Shown piece by piece: positions 1 to 8,731 of a stretch of DNA of 64,000 nt. The notes beneath the pieces were generated by a model. It saw only the letters and a list, made by a program, of their open reading frames with translations, was not told where the DNA came from and did no database searches. Source of the stretch: a virus; the IMG/VR virus record IMGVR_UViG_3300037258_000368, positions 2,287 through 66,286 of that record. One strand, given 5' to 3'. The stretch's first letter is position 1. Every line of letters begins with the position of its first letter. A program made the translations under genes and the position numbers.

Positions 1-363
1 ATTCCATGTGGCATCAACCGTCCACGGAGACGAACTCCCGGAGGTCAGCGCTACGGAGGTCATCGAGAATGGGAACAGCCACAGCACAATATCCGGGATA
101 GGCTCGTTCGGGTCCGGGCTCGACCAGACGATCGAACTCCAGTCCTTATAAAGCGGTCGCAATTCTTGGTCGTTCCACGGATCGGGCAGCCAGACGACCT
201 TGCCGTGATCGACGCCGTATTTTGCTTTGAGGAAGCCGGTGACCCAACCGATCTGCTTCGAGGCGTTGTAGTCGGGCTTCGGCAGGCCGAACATATGCCA
301 GTAGCTCGGCGCCTGCCCGATGTCGTTGAGAAGGACGATCTGCGTTCTAGGCGCGCGGATCAT
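1..363 (-). CDS. Partial virion/fibre-type protein, truncated by window start
   Basis: Hand-translated MIRAPRTQIVLLND...LTSGSSSPWTVDATWN; ATGA overlap with the upstream stop; open to position 1. Confidence 0.65.
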   Translation of the reverse strand, partial: MIRAPRTQIVLLNDIGQAPSYWHMFGLPKPDYNASKQIGWVTGFLKAKYGVDHGKVVWLPDPWNDQELRPLYKDWSSIVWSSPDPNEPIPDIVLWLFPFSMTSVALTSGSSSPWTVDATWN

Positions 364-1703
364 GCGCCGTCGCCCAACAGCGTGAACGTAGCGGCCGATC
401 CGGCGTTCGACTTCACCGTGATCGAGATGATCGCGTATTGGCCGAAGGTCTTGGTGTAGCTGTGCGGGTTCGCGTTGAACACCGCGCTCGCCCCCGCCGC
501 GATCGTGACCTGCCCCGATGCCGTCTCCTGCGACACGGCGATGTTGCACCCGGTCGGCAGGCTGTTCGGCACGGTGTACGTCGCTGCCGAGGCGCCGGTC
601 GCCAGGATCATCGTCCCGCAATCGGTCGCCGCAAACGTGTAGGCGCTGCTGCCGGTCCCGCTCTGCGAGGTTACGGTGCCAAGCACCTCACCAAAGGTCT
701 GCGCCCCCGAAAAGGTATTCGTGCCGTTCAGCAGCGGGATCGTCGCGCCGCTCGTGCCGACCGCTTTCCCGTTGAGGGTCGTGCATGTGACGTTGGGCGT
801 CGAGAATGTGCAGTCGCCGCCCAACGTGATCCCGGTGAACGAATTTGAGCTGTTGATCTGTATCTGCCCCGATGAACCGCCCGGCTTTGCCTTTGAATTG
901 AGCGCGGCCATCGAACCGATCGGCGACAGATCGACCACGTAGGTGCCCCCGCCTCCGTTCGTCGAGAGCACCTGGCCGAACACCGCGACCGCGGTCGGCA
1001 CCGTTGACCCTGCATCGTGGCAGTCGCCGGCCGTGGTAGTCGAGACGATCACAAAATCGCCGGCCGTGGTCGCCCCGTCGAAAACGCACGAAGCCTGTCC
1101 GGATATAGCGACAGAGGCATTCCCCGTCGTCCCGCAACTCGTTCCCGTGACGCCGGAGACGCAGATGCCTATCACCGAGCTGGTATCCGTCGTAGCGGCT
1201 TTCTTAACCGTCGCCCCCGTCGTGTAGACCACGAGCTTGCCGGCGGCGGTCCCGGTCGCCCCCTCGTTGACCAGCGTCTCGATCAGCGAGCTGGTGTTGA
1301 GCGTCACAGCCCCACTGCTCGTCGAGATTGGCGTGCCGTTGACCATGAATGTCCCGGAGATATTCACGTCTCCGGTAGACGCAGAGCCGGTCGGTGCCCC
1401 CGATGTCAAACTCGGGGCCGTCACCGCGCCACCCAAAGCTAAAGCCGCCGATCCGGCGCTCGTTGCAATGGCCTGCTGCGCAGCCGAGGTCGAGTTCGCC
1501 CCGTCCGTCGACATGCCGGAACCCGCACTGCAGGGCGCCCCGGCATCGACCAGCTGGCCGAATAGCGTTCCTGCGGCAAGGCAATGCCCAGCGGTGACCG
1601 GCGGAATTTCCCAGAGTTGCGACGGCGGGAGCTGCGCGCGCGCCAAGCCGGCGCCGAATAAACCAAGCACGAGGACCGCGACGAATAGAGAGCGCGCGCG
1701 CAT
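360..1703 (-). CDS. Cys/Gly/Thr-rich head- or tail-fibre-like protein with DUF2190-like segment and signal peptide
   Basis: Start MRARSLFVAV.. after GGAGG RBS and TGATG coupling; VIGICVSG..SVAISGQASCVFDGATTAGD..VFGQVL segment. Confidence 0.7.
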   Translation of the reverse strand: MRARSLFVAVLVLGLFGAGLARAQLPPSQLWEIPPVTAGHCLAAGTLFGQLVDAGAPCSAGSGMSTDGANSTSAAQQAIATSAGSAALALGGAVTAPSLTSGAPTGSASTGDVNISGTFMVNGTPISTSSGAVTLNTSSLIETLVNEGATGTAAGKLVVYTTGATVKKAATTDTSSVIGICVSGVTGTSCGTTGNASVAISGQASCVFDGATTAGDFVIVSTTTAGDCHDAGSTVPTAVAVFGQVLSTNGGGGTYVVDLSPIGSMAALNSKAKPGGSSGQIQINSSNSFTGITLGGDCTFSTPNVTCTTLNGKAVGTSGATIPLLNGTNTFSGAQTFGEVLGTVTSQSGTGSSAYTFAATDCGTMILATGASAATYTVPNSLPTGCNIAVSQETASGQVTIAAGASAVFNANPHSYTKTFGQYAIISITVKSNAGSAATFTLLGDGA

Positions 1704-2368
1704 CACGGCGTGTCCTCCTGGATCTCGATCGTGATGTCGAAAACTGCGCCGGTCGGGAGCGCCGCTCCGTTCATGTTGAGATACACAAACTCCGCGATGC
1801 CGCGCAGCACCGCCGCATTGATATCCAGTTCCCACACGAGTGGGGTGACGCCGAGTCCGGTGCCGTCGGCGCTGAGACACACATGCCCCGCCGCACCAAT
1901 GCCGCCCACTTGTGCCCCAAGGCTGTCGGGGTTGGCCGTGCCGATCGTGGAGACCACTGCGGCGGCCGCAGGGTAAGCCGTGTCGGTTGCGAACGCGGCA
2001 AGCGCGGTGCGCACAAGGTTCGTCGTGTCGGCGGCCGAGCGGCGGATCAGCTGCACCGGCATGTTGCCGGCTGCGGTCGCGACGCCCGTCAGGATGATCC
2101 TGCGGATACGTAGGGTCTTTCCGGCCGCGCCCTGGATTTCGAGGATATCGGTCGGTGTCGCGACTGGCGTGTAGCCGAGGACAGCGTAGCGGTATGTCGG
2201 CTTTACGCCTTCGGCTTGCACCGGCAGCGCGACAAGGCCCGGCGCGAGCGGGAATTTGACGCCGTTTTCATCGGCGAGAACCACGGTCGCGGCTTGGTTC
2301 GGGCCGACCGCGTTGATGTCCATACCAATCGGATTGCCGTCCCGGTCGGTGATCGCAAGAGCGCCCAT
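1703..2368 (-). CDS. Putative virion structural protein (221 aa)
   Basis: Coupled ORF in the structural cluster, beta-rich composition. Confidence 0.7.
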   Translation of the reverse strand: MGALAITDRDGNPIGMDINAVGPNQAATVVLADENGVKFPLAPGLVALPVQAEGVKPTYRYAVLGYTPVATPTDILEIQGAAGKTLRIRRIILTGVATAAGNMPVQLIRRSAADTTNLVRTALAAFATDTAYPAAAAVVSTIGTANPDSLGAQVGGIGAAGHVCLSADGTGLGVTPLVWELDINAAVLRGIAEFVYLNMNGAALPTGAVFDITIEIQEDTP

Positions 2369-2384
2369 AGGTCAGGTTTCCCAA

Positions 2385-2549
2385 TCAGGAGGCGACGAGC
2401 GGCGATTGCGGGACTCCGGTCAGGACGAGGAGACCCCAAGGCGTGAACTGGCTCGGCGTGTTGGCGACCAATCCGGGCAGGTTGATTTGCGGAAAGCCGA
2501 AGATCCCCGGCGACAGTTGCGGGCTCGGCGTCAAGCGGCCGCGGTTCAA
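2385..2549 (-). CDS. Small hypothetical protein (54 aa, TTG start)
   Basis: MNRGRLTPSPQLSPGIFGFP..; GAGGAG RBS; start overlaps upstream stop; fills the gap. Confidence 0.5.
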   Translation of the reverse strand: MNRGRLTPSPQLSPGIFGFPQINLPGLVANTPSQFTPWGLLVLTGVPQSPLVAS

Positions 2550-2905
2550 AGGCTCTCCTCGTCCGAAATCCGCTCGTGATGTGCGCCGACTTCGTGGTCG
2601 AAAAGGGCGACCCTGCTACCGGCCTTCAGGAGGAAGCCTTCATAGAGGCTATCGACGCGCGTCTTGTAGAAGCGCTTCTCACCATAATCGGCGGGATCGG
2701 CTGGCTTGGGCGGGGCGCCCGGCGCCGCTCCGGGCGAGGCGCCTGTCCCATCGGCCGGATTGCTGCCGGCGTTGATGCGCTCGATATGCGTCGCGGTATC
2801 GTACGGGTGCCGCGTCGGCGCCTCGACCGTCGTCGGGCGCCGGCTGCGCGCGTCCATTGACGTTGCCCGTTTCAGGTTTACCGAGTCTTCGATTTCAGCA
2901 GTCAT
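2546..2905 (-). CDS. Hypothetical head-cluster protein (start uncertain)
   Basis: Protein-like C-terminus YKTRVDSLYEGFLLKAGSRVALFDHEVGAHHERI. Confidence 0.55.
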   Translation of the reverse strand: MTAEIEDSVNLKRATSMDARSRRPTTVEAPTRHPYDTATHIERINAGSNPADGTGASPGAAPGAPPKPADPADYGEKRFYKTRVDSLYEGFLLKAGSRVALFDHEVGAHHERISDEESL

Positions 2906-3191
2906 CGGCCATATCCTCGATGGTCTCGATTTGCAATTCGACCCGGCAGGAGGGACCGCCCGGGCCGTCTCTTGTTTCGCGGTCGGTGACACGGCATCGC
3001 GCAACGATGTCGAGGCAATCGCCCCTCTCGCAGTCCGCGATATCCAGATGCAGCTTCGCGAGTTCGACGTGCGTCAGGCAGATGCGCAGGCCGTAAGGGA
3101 AATCCGGCTTGTCCGACATCTTGATCGGCTGCACCGCGTCGAATTTCTCCTCATCGTCGAGTTCCATCGACACGGGTTTGCTGAAGGCCAT
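2895..3191 (-). CDS. Capsid staple-like protein
   Basis: FPYGLRICL..LAKL..RVELQI pattern; GGAG RBS; head-cluster location. Confidence 0.7.
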   Translation of the reverse strand: MAFSKPVSMELDDEEKFDAVQPIKMSDKPDFPYGLRICLTHVELAKLHLDIADCERGDCLDIVARCRVTDRETRDGPGGPSCRVELQIETIEDMADDC

Positions 3192-3239
3192 CGGCCGTCT
3201 CCACAAATGCGAAGGGCGCCCCGAAGGGCGCCCCAATAA

Positions 3240-3671
3240 TCAGGCACCAGCGGCCATCGGTGCAGCAGCGGGAGCGCCGGCGGCGGGCATCGCCGGCACG
3301 GGTGCGGCGACAGGTGCGGGAGCGGGAGGACCGCCGGCAGCGGCGGCGGGCGCAGCGGCGGCGGCAGCGCCCTGCATCGCGGCCATCTCGGCCATGTGGC
3401 GCTGCTCCATGTTGCGGAGCTCCTCGCGCTGGCCGCCGTGCATGTCGCGGCGCGCGTCCTCGTGACGTTTCGCCGTGTTCGCACGCTCGGTGTGATGGCG
3501 CGCGATCATCTCCTTGCTGGGATCGGCGGCGGGCTTATCGCCTTCGGCCTTTGCCTCGGATTTCGATTCGGTGTGCTCTTCCTTGGACGAGCCCTCGGAA
3601 CCTTCCTTTTTGTCGTCATACATCCCGCCATGGCGGGGCTTTTTGGTCTCGGGCTTTTTCTCTTCGGCCAT
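3240..3671 (-). CDS. Charged low-complexity head-cluster protein with N-terminal KPRHGGMYD motif
   Basis: GGAG RBS; motif shared with scaffold C-terminus. Confidence 0.75.
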   Translation of the reverse strand: MAEEKKPETKKPRHGGMYDDKKEGSEGSSKEEHTESKSEAKAEGDKPAADPSKEMIARHHTERANTAKRHEDARRDMHGGQREELRNMEQRHMAEMAAMQGAAAAAAPAAAAGGPPAPAPVAAPVPAMPAAGAPAAAPMAAGA

Positions 3672-3810
3672 TCGATTTGCTCCCTAGTAGAATTGCCGCG
3701 CGGCGGCAGCGATGATGGATCAGCCGCTCATGCGGGTCGCGCTTTAGCGAGATAGAGCGTGCCGCGTCTCGGGGTGGGCCTAGCTGTCGCCGCAAAGGAG
3801 GATGAGAGGG

Positions 3811-4053
3811 ATGGGTGAAAAAAAGAGGCGAGTGCAACTCGGGCCAACCGGACAATTCCCCGGCGGAATGATCCGGCAGGATGATCAGGGTAGCATCAAC
3901 ATCGCTATTTCCGATATGGACAGCCACGGCAACATCCATATCGATTTCGGCACGCCGGTCGCATGGGTTGCGCTTCCAGCGGAGCAGGCCATAAACCTTG
4001 CTCGGCTGCTCTTGCGCAAGGCTGGCGCGAAGAGTGTGGAGATCACGCTGTGA
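3811..4053 (+). CDS. Small hypothetical phage protein (antisense islet)
   Basis: AGGAGG RBS; GPTGQFPGG..DDQG..IDFGTPVAWVALPAEQAINLA resembles a recurring phage family. Confidence 0.75.
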   Translation: MGEKKRRVQLGPTGQFPGGMIRQDDQGSINIAISDMDSHGNIHIDFGTPVAWVALPAEQAINLARLLLRKAGAKSVEITL

Positions 4054-4283
4054 TGGATCAGCTTCGGCACGACAGCGCGGCCTCGATGGAGGTCCGTTTT
4101 CTCCTTACGTCAAACGGCAGAGGCGGACAGCGGGAGATTACCCGTGCCGGATGGTACGTCGTGCGCACCTGCACCTGCCATAATGGCCACGCGATTACGG
4201 AGCCGTTCGATAATCGTGAGCGCGCGGCCCAGGCGCTTGCGGTGCTCGACGATGACGCGCGGCGCTACGCGATCCGCTCGTAA
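4053..4283 (+). CDS. Hypothetical protein
   Basis: TGATG-coupled to the upstream + strand gene. Confidence 0.55.
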   Translation: MDQLRHDSAASMEVRFLLTSNGRGGQREITRAGWYVVRTCTCHNGHAITEPFDNRERAAQALAVLDDDARRYAIRS

Positions 4284-4543
4284 CCGTCCTCGAACTGGCT
4301 GCGGGGCGAGATCGAGCGGTAGCCATCCGGTTTGTAGATCACGAGATAGTCGTCCACGACGGGCATATAGCGGCGCACTACGTCGTGATCGACCGTGATC
4401 GGTCCGAAATCCTCAAAGAGGAGCATCGCGCTACCATCGGCCTGCGGCGCGACGCCGGCAATCTTCAGCGCCCAGACCTCTTTGTGCGAGCGATAGCGCG
4501 GCGGTTCCGCTTCCTTGCCATCCGAGGTCGGAAATAGCGGCAT
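4265..4543 (-). CDS. Small protein with YxxDGYxSxSPxxxFExGY domain
   Basis: MPLFPTS..YLVIYKPDGYRSISPRSQFEDGY; TGATG coupling. Confidence 0.75.
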   Translation of the reverse strand: MPLFPTSDGKEAEPPRYRSHKEVWALKIAGVAPQADGSAMLLFEDFGPITVDHDVVRRYMPVVDDYLVIYKPDGYRSISPRSQFEDGYERIA

Positions 4544-4791
4544 CAGTCGTACATCCCCCCGTGGCGCTTCTTGCCTGCGGCCATCGCATTGAGAGCGAAA
4601 TTGGCTTCCTTGCCGAGTGTGCCGCCGGCGTGTTTTTTCTGCGCGGCGTACTCGCGCGTCGTCTCGCCGGCGGCCGTCGCCTTTGCGGCAAACCGGCCCG
4701 GGTGCTCGGCTGCGCCAGCTTTGATCCAGCCCTTTGACTTTGCCATGCCGGTGCTCCGCGATGCGAGATCGGCGAGGGTGGCGCTCGCCAT
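4543..4791 (-). CDS. Small basic protein ending KKRHGGMYD
   Basis: TGATG coupling at both ends; Lys/Ala-rich. Confidence 0.75.
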   Translation of the reverse strand: MASATLADLASRSTGMAKSKGWIKAGAAEHPGRFAAKATAAGETTREYAAQKKHAGGTLGKEANFALNAMAAGKKRHGGMYD

Positions 4792-4976
4792 CAGTCGTAG
4801 AAGCCGCCGTGCTTCTTGCGCACCGGCTTACCGTCCTTGACGGTCGCCGGCAATTTGCCACCCGGATCGGCGCCCGCGAACTCTTTGCCTACAGCTTGGC
4901 TCACGCCGCCGACACCGCCCTTCTTGGCGGCGGCGGCGAACATAAGCCTGCGCTGCGCTTCCGAAACTGCGGGCAT
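4791..4976 (-). CDS. Small basic protein ending RKKHGGFYD
   Basis: MPAVSEAQRRLMFAAA..VSQAVGKEF pattern; abuts upstream stop. Confidence 0.8.
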   Translation of the reverse strand: MPAVSEAQRRLMFAAAAKKGGVGGVSQAVGKEFAGADPGGKLPATVKDGKPVRKKHGGFYD

Positions 4977-6290
4977 TTACAGTTCGGCCGACGCCTGGAT
5001 ATTCGCGCCGCCGCCGGCGCCAACCAATTCGCAGGCAAAACCGGCCGTGGTCGAGGCGGTCGTGCCTTGAAGCGCGATCGTATCGACGGTATTGCCGATC
5101 ACCGCGTCCTGGATCAGATAGGTCGAGGCGAGTGCAACCGGGGTCGTTGTTTTCGACATCACGGCCCAGGTGCCGACACCTTCGGCCGTGCCGCCGATCG
5201 TGATCGTTGGTGCGACACGCATCGACACCGGCAACTTGATCGCGACATCGCAAATCGTGGCGGTCTCATAGGCGCCGCCCTGGCTGACGATCTTCGAGGC
5301 CGCGGGCTCGTTGATCTGGTAATAATAGCGCTGCTGCAATACCTGCTCTTGCGCAGTGAGCCGTCGCGCGAAGGCTTTGGCGGAAGGCGCCTGCTGGGCG
5401 TTGAGCAGCGTCGCGGTGCCGAGGGTCGTGCCGGCAACCGTGGTCAGAGCCGAATTGCGCACAAGCTGGCAGCCGGCCATCTTGAAGCCATCCGTCGCCG
5501 TGCCGGTACCGACCGGCGTGAAGCCGATCGCGGCGGCTACCTCGGTAGCGCCCGTGGGAATCGGCGCAACGATCGAATAGCGGCCCCAGCTCGTGGTGAT
5601 CGGGACAAGGACGCTCGCATTGATCTGCCCGGCCCAGGCCGTGGTGCCGGCGCCGCCGTGCGCATTGAGGCCGTAGGCGTAATCGGTCGATCCCTCATCG
5701 GTGCCGGTGCCATAGCTGATCGTCATCAGAACCTGGCTGCTGGCGGCCGAGAAGCCGCTGAGCGCCTTCAGATGGCAATCGAACTCGGCGGTCTGTCCCT
5801 GGAATTGCAGGGAATTGTCGCTCTCAACCTCCTGTGCGATCGTCACCGGCACGACACCGGTCAGCGATCCCTTGACGATTTGCAGCGAGTCGAGATAGCC
5901 GGCCGGCGCATCGGCCTGCTGGGTGATCGTCGCCGGCGTCGAGGTGCCTCCCCAAGCGAACCAGCGATCGGCTGTGTAGCCGACATAATAGGTCGCGCTG
6001 GCGAGCGCGACCGAGACGCCACGTTGCCACAAATTCTGCCCGGTCGAGAAGTCACCGCCGATGAGAGCGTTCTCGGGGTTGTTGCCCGGCTGGGTCTGCG
6101 GGTAGTTGCCGAAGAGAGTAGCGGGCATCCACTGGTCGCCGACCGCGGGATTGCCGCCCGGTACGATCTTGACGAGATCGTTCGGCCCGATCGATTGGAC
6201 CCGCGGGGGCGGATAGGATTGGGCCAGAGCAGCAGCGACGGCGCCAGCCAAGAGCGCGGCGGCCGCGAGGCCGACGGGGATTTTCTTCAT
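4977..6290 (-). CDS. Fibre/spike-like protein with carbohydrate-binding-like domain and signal peptide
   Basis: NALIGGDF..LWQRG..YTADRW motif typical of fibre CBM-like domains; N-terminus MKKIPVGLAAAALLAGAVAAALA-Q. Confidence 0.75.
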   Translation of the reverse strand: MKKIPVGLAAAALLAGAVAAALAQSYPPPRVQSIGPNDLVKIVPGGNPAVGDQWMPATLFGNYPQTQPGNNPENALIGGDFSTGQNLWQRGVSVALASATYYVGYTADRWFAWGGTSTPATITQQADAPAGYLDSLQIVKGSLTGVVPVTIAQEVESDNSLQFQGQTAEFDCHLKALSGFSAASSQVLMTISYGTGTDEGSTDYAYGLNAHGGAGTTAWAGQINASVLVPITTSWGRYSIVAPIPTGATEVAAAIGFTPVGTGTATDGFKMAGCQLVRNSALTTVAGTTLGTATLLNAQQAPSAKAFARRLTAQEQVLQQRYYYQINEPAASKIVSQGGAYETATICDVAIKLPVSMRVAPTITIGGTAEGVGTWAVMSKTTTPVALASTYLIQDAVIGNTVDTIALQGTTASTTAGFACELVGAGGGANIQASAEL

Positions 6291-6304
6291 GTGGAAAACT
6301 CCAA

Positions 6305-6357
6305 GGGGGACAAGGGGACATGAGGGGGACAGGGGGGTACATGTCCCCCCATTGTCC
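6305..6357. repeat. GGGGACA direct repeats plus an inverted copy; four G-tracts
   Basis: gggggacaaggggacatgagggggacaggggggtacatgtcccccc, intergenic. Confidence 0.7.
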
Positions 6358-6368
6358 GGACAGCGGGG

Positions 6369-6872
6369 CTAGTAGTGCAAGCGGCAGTAGACCCGGATAT
6401 TCGCCGTGGCTGCCGCACCCTGTCCTGTCGTCAGCGAGAAGTAGATCGTGCGCAGGTCGAATTTCGCGGTCGTGTTGTTGAGGGTCGCAGACAACACGCT
6501 GCCAGCGGCATTGGTGGCCGCAGCGGTCAGGCCCGAGTAGGCCTGGCTGCTTGCCACGATCGCCGTTCCGGCTTTTGCGGGCGCCGGATAAAAACCGCCT
6601 GCCGCGGTGGTCAGCGAGACGCTCGGCGAGGTGATGACGATGGCGTCGATCTCATAAGTCGCGCTTGGGAAAGAGATCGGGATTGGCTGGTCGGCCGTCG
6701 AATTCATATCCGCGCCGCGCAAGGTCCCGCATTGGATGCGAGATGGCGCGTAGCCGCCCCATGGCGCCGTCGGGAATTGCATCTGCGTCTGCGCGCGCGC
6801 GCCGCCGCTCAAGCCGCCGACGAGCGCCAAAATTGCGACACCCGCGAGGGCGCGCCTCAGAAGATTTCGCAT
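6369..6872 (-). CDS. Virion decoration-like protein with signal peptide
   Basis: MRNLLRRALAGVAILALVGGLSGGARA-Q; beta-sandwich-like body ending AATANIRVYC. Confidence 0.7.
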   Translation of the reverse strand: MRNLLRRALAGVAILALVGGLSGGARAQTQMQFPTAPWGGYAPSRIQCGTLRGADMNSTADQPIPISFPSATYEIDAIVITSPSVSLTTAAGGFYPAPAKAGTAIVASSQAYSGLTAAATNAAGSVLSATLNNTTAKFDLRTIYFSLTTGQGAAATANIRVYCRLHY

Positions 6873-6903
6873 GTTGAAGCCCTTTGCATTTGAGACGGCG
6901 GTT

Positions 6904-7332
6904 TCAGCTGACGGCCACCGACAGCGACATTGCCGCCTGCCCGTTCCCGGAAAAGCGCCAATTGACAGTCCCGACTGACAAATCGGTGAAATTGAGGCGG
7001 TAGAGGACGCCCTTTTCGCACTCGCCGGTGGTGAGCGAGACATCGGTGCCCGTTGCCCATACCGCCTGCTGGCCCCCGCCGCCGACGTTGCAGACAATCC
7101 AGGTCGTGCCTCCGTCGAAACTGCGTTCGAGCCGCCCGCTGCCGGTCCAGGCGCCGTTCGGGCCGCCGCTGCCGAAGATGACCAGGTTGAAGACGCCGAA
7201 AATCTCGACGCCGGCGGTATGTCCTGGGGCGGTAAATGGCGCGTTTCCGGCCTGCGCCGACGAAAAGACAAAGTTCGCCTTGTCGCTTGCCGGCGGCGTC
7301 GGAATGACGGGCGGCGTCGCGGGGATGCCCAT
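6904..7332 (-). CDS. Putative virion structural protein
   Basis: WTGSGRLERSFDGGTTW motif; TGATG coupling. Confidence 0.75.
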   Translation of the reverse strand: MGIPATPPVIPTPPASDKANFVFSSAQAGNAPFTAPGHTAGVEIFGVFNLVIFGSGGPNGAWTGSGRLERSFDGGTTWIVCNVGGGGQQAVWATGTDVSLTTGECEKGVLYRLNFTDLSVGTVNWRFSGNGQAAMSLSVAVS

Positions 7333-7751
7333 CAGTCTGCCGGGTTCTCGGCCGCCGCTGCGGCGCCCTGCTCGACGTCCGTCGGCGCGGGCGTTTCACG
7401 TGAAACGACACCGGTGTCGCCCTCGCCGATGCGGGCGACGAGCGCCAGCATCTCGGCCTCCTCGGCTTCGGTGCGGTGCTCATTCTCGCGCAATGCAAGG
7501 AGGCGTTGCTCCTCGGCGGCGTCCAAAGCTGGTTGGGCCGGCGGATCAAGCGGGGTGGCCGGGTCGACCTCAACCTCGACCTGCTTCATCGTCGGCCCGA
7601 CCTGGTGCGGAAGGAGATGCACGATCTCGCCCGCTCGACGGAAGATGCCACCGATAAAGCTCTTCTCGGTCAGCACGTAGGGCTGCGGGACCTCTTCGGG
7701 TGCCGCCGGCGGCTGCCCGCGGTCCTGTTTGCCTCGCGAATCGTCGGACAT
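7332..7751 (-). CDS. Hypothetical acidic head-cluster protein
   Basis: Start MSDDSRG after GAGG RBS. Confidence 0.65.
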   Translation of the reverse strand: MSDDSRGKQDRGQPPAAPEEVPQPYVLTEKSFIGGIFRRAGEIVHLLPHQVGPTMKQVEVEVDPATPLDPPAQPALDAAEEQRLLALRENEHRTEAEEAEMLALVARIGEGDTGVVSRETPAPTDVEQGAAAAAENPAD

Positions 7752-7803
7752 GAGTGGTTCCTCTCTAAAATTCACCTGAACCCCCCATTCAGGTGCAGCG
7801 GTG

Positions 7804-8631
7804 TTATCCGTTATAGGTAGTGGGGCGCGCCGGATCGGCGATCGTGCCAAGGATGTGAATCGGCTTCTGCAGCGCGTCGACCGGGTAGAGTTCGCCCAAT
7901 TCGATCGCGCCGTGGCTGCCCGCACCCTGCCCCGCACCGGTCTCGGGCCTGTTACCATCCTTGCCGATGACTTCGAAGCCGGCGACGAGCGGATCCTTTG
8001 CCGCCGGGGTGACCGAGGCGCCGATCGACTCGCAGAAGAGGCGATAGACCTCGCGGGCCATCTCGTTCTCCGGCCGCATCGCCTGGTTCGGGACGCCCGG
8101 CCATTTGACCCGGCGCGAGCGCTCGACATGATCGTTGGCGACCCAGGTCGGCTTGATCCACGTCTCGCTAAGATAGACCGCGGCCGTGAGGTGATATTCG
8201 GGGACGATGCCCCGTGCGCGCGCATTGAGCAGCAGTTCGACCATGCGTTCGCGGGCGCGCAGGCGCATCGCCAGAACGGCAGGCGCGACCGTGCGCTTGG
8301 CGCCGGGTCTACCCTGGTCGATCAGTTCGTTGATCGAAAGCGCGAGACTTTCGACGAAAGCGCGATCACCGCTGGGGTTCGGGATCTGCGCCGCCGGCTC
8401 GCCGCGCTCGTCGGCGAGTTTGGCGAGCATCGCGGCGACGGCTGCACCAGCTGCAGCGGAGGCTGCGGCGGCGATTGCCGCCTTGACCTCGGGTCGCTCC
8501 ATGAGATTCGAGAGATCGAGCGCCGGCGGTTCATCGAATTGGGCGGCAGCGACGGTTGCACCGCCAGCCAGGAGTGCGGCCTCACGCTCGGCCAATTCGG
8601 CCGCAGCACGTTCGGGGGTATTGCTTCGCAT
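7804..8631 (-). CDS. Hypothetical phage protein (275 aa)
   Basis: Long ORF co-oriented with the head operon. Confidence 0.7.
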   Translation of the reverse strand: MRSNTPERAAAELAEREAALLAGGATVAAAQFDEPPALDLSNLMERPEVKAAIAAAASAAAGAAVAAMLAKLADERGEPAAQIPNPSGDRAFVESLALSINELIDQGRPGAKRTVAPAVLAMRLRARERMVELLLNARARGIVPEYHLTAAVYLSETWIKPTWVANDHVERSRRVKWPGVPNQAMRPENEMAREVYRLFCESIGASVTPAAKDPLVAGFEVIGKDGNRPETGAGQGAGSHGAIELGELYPVDALQKPIHILGTIADPARPTTYNG

Positions 8632-8731
8632 TGAAATACTCGAGCGGTTGTGTCAGAAAAATTCCGGCGCCATTGGGCTGCGTGACACGGGGCCGCGGCG
8701 TGGGGTGCGTCGCGGCCCCAGATCGGCCGGA

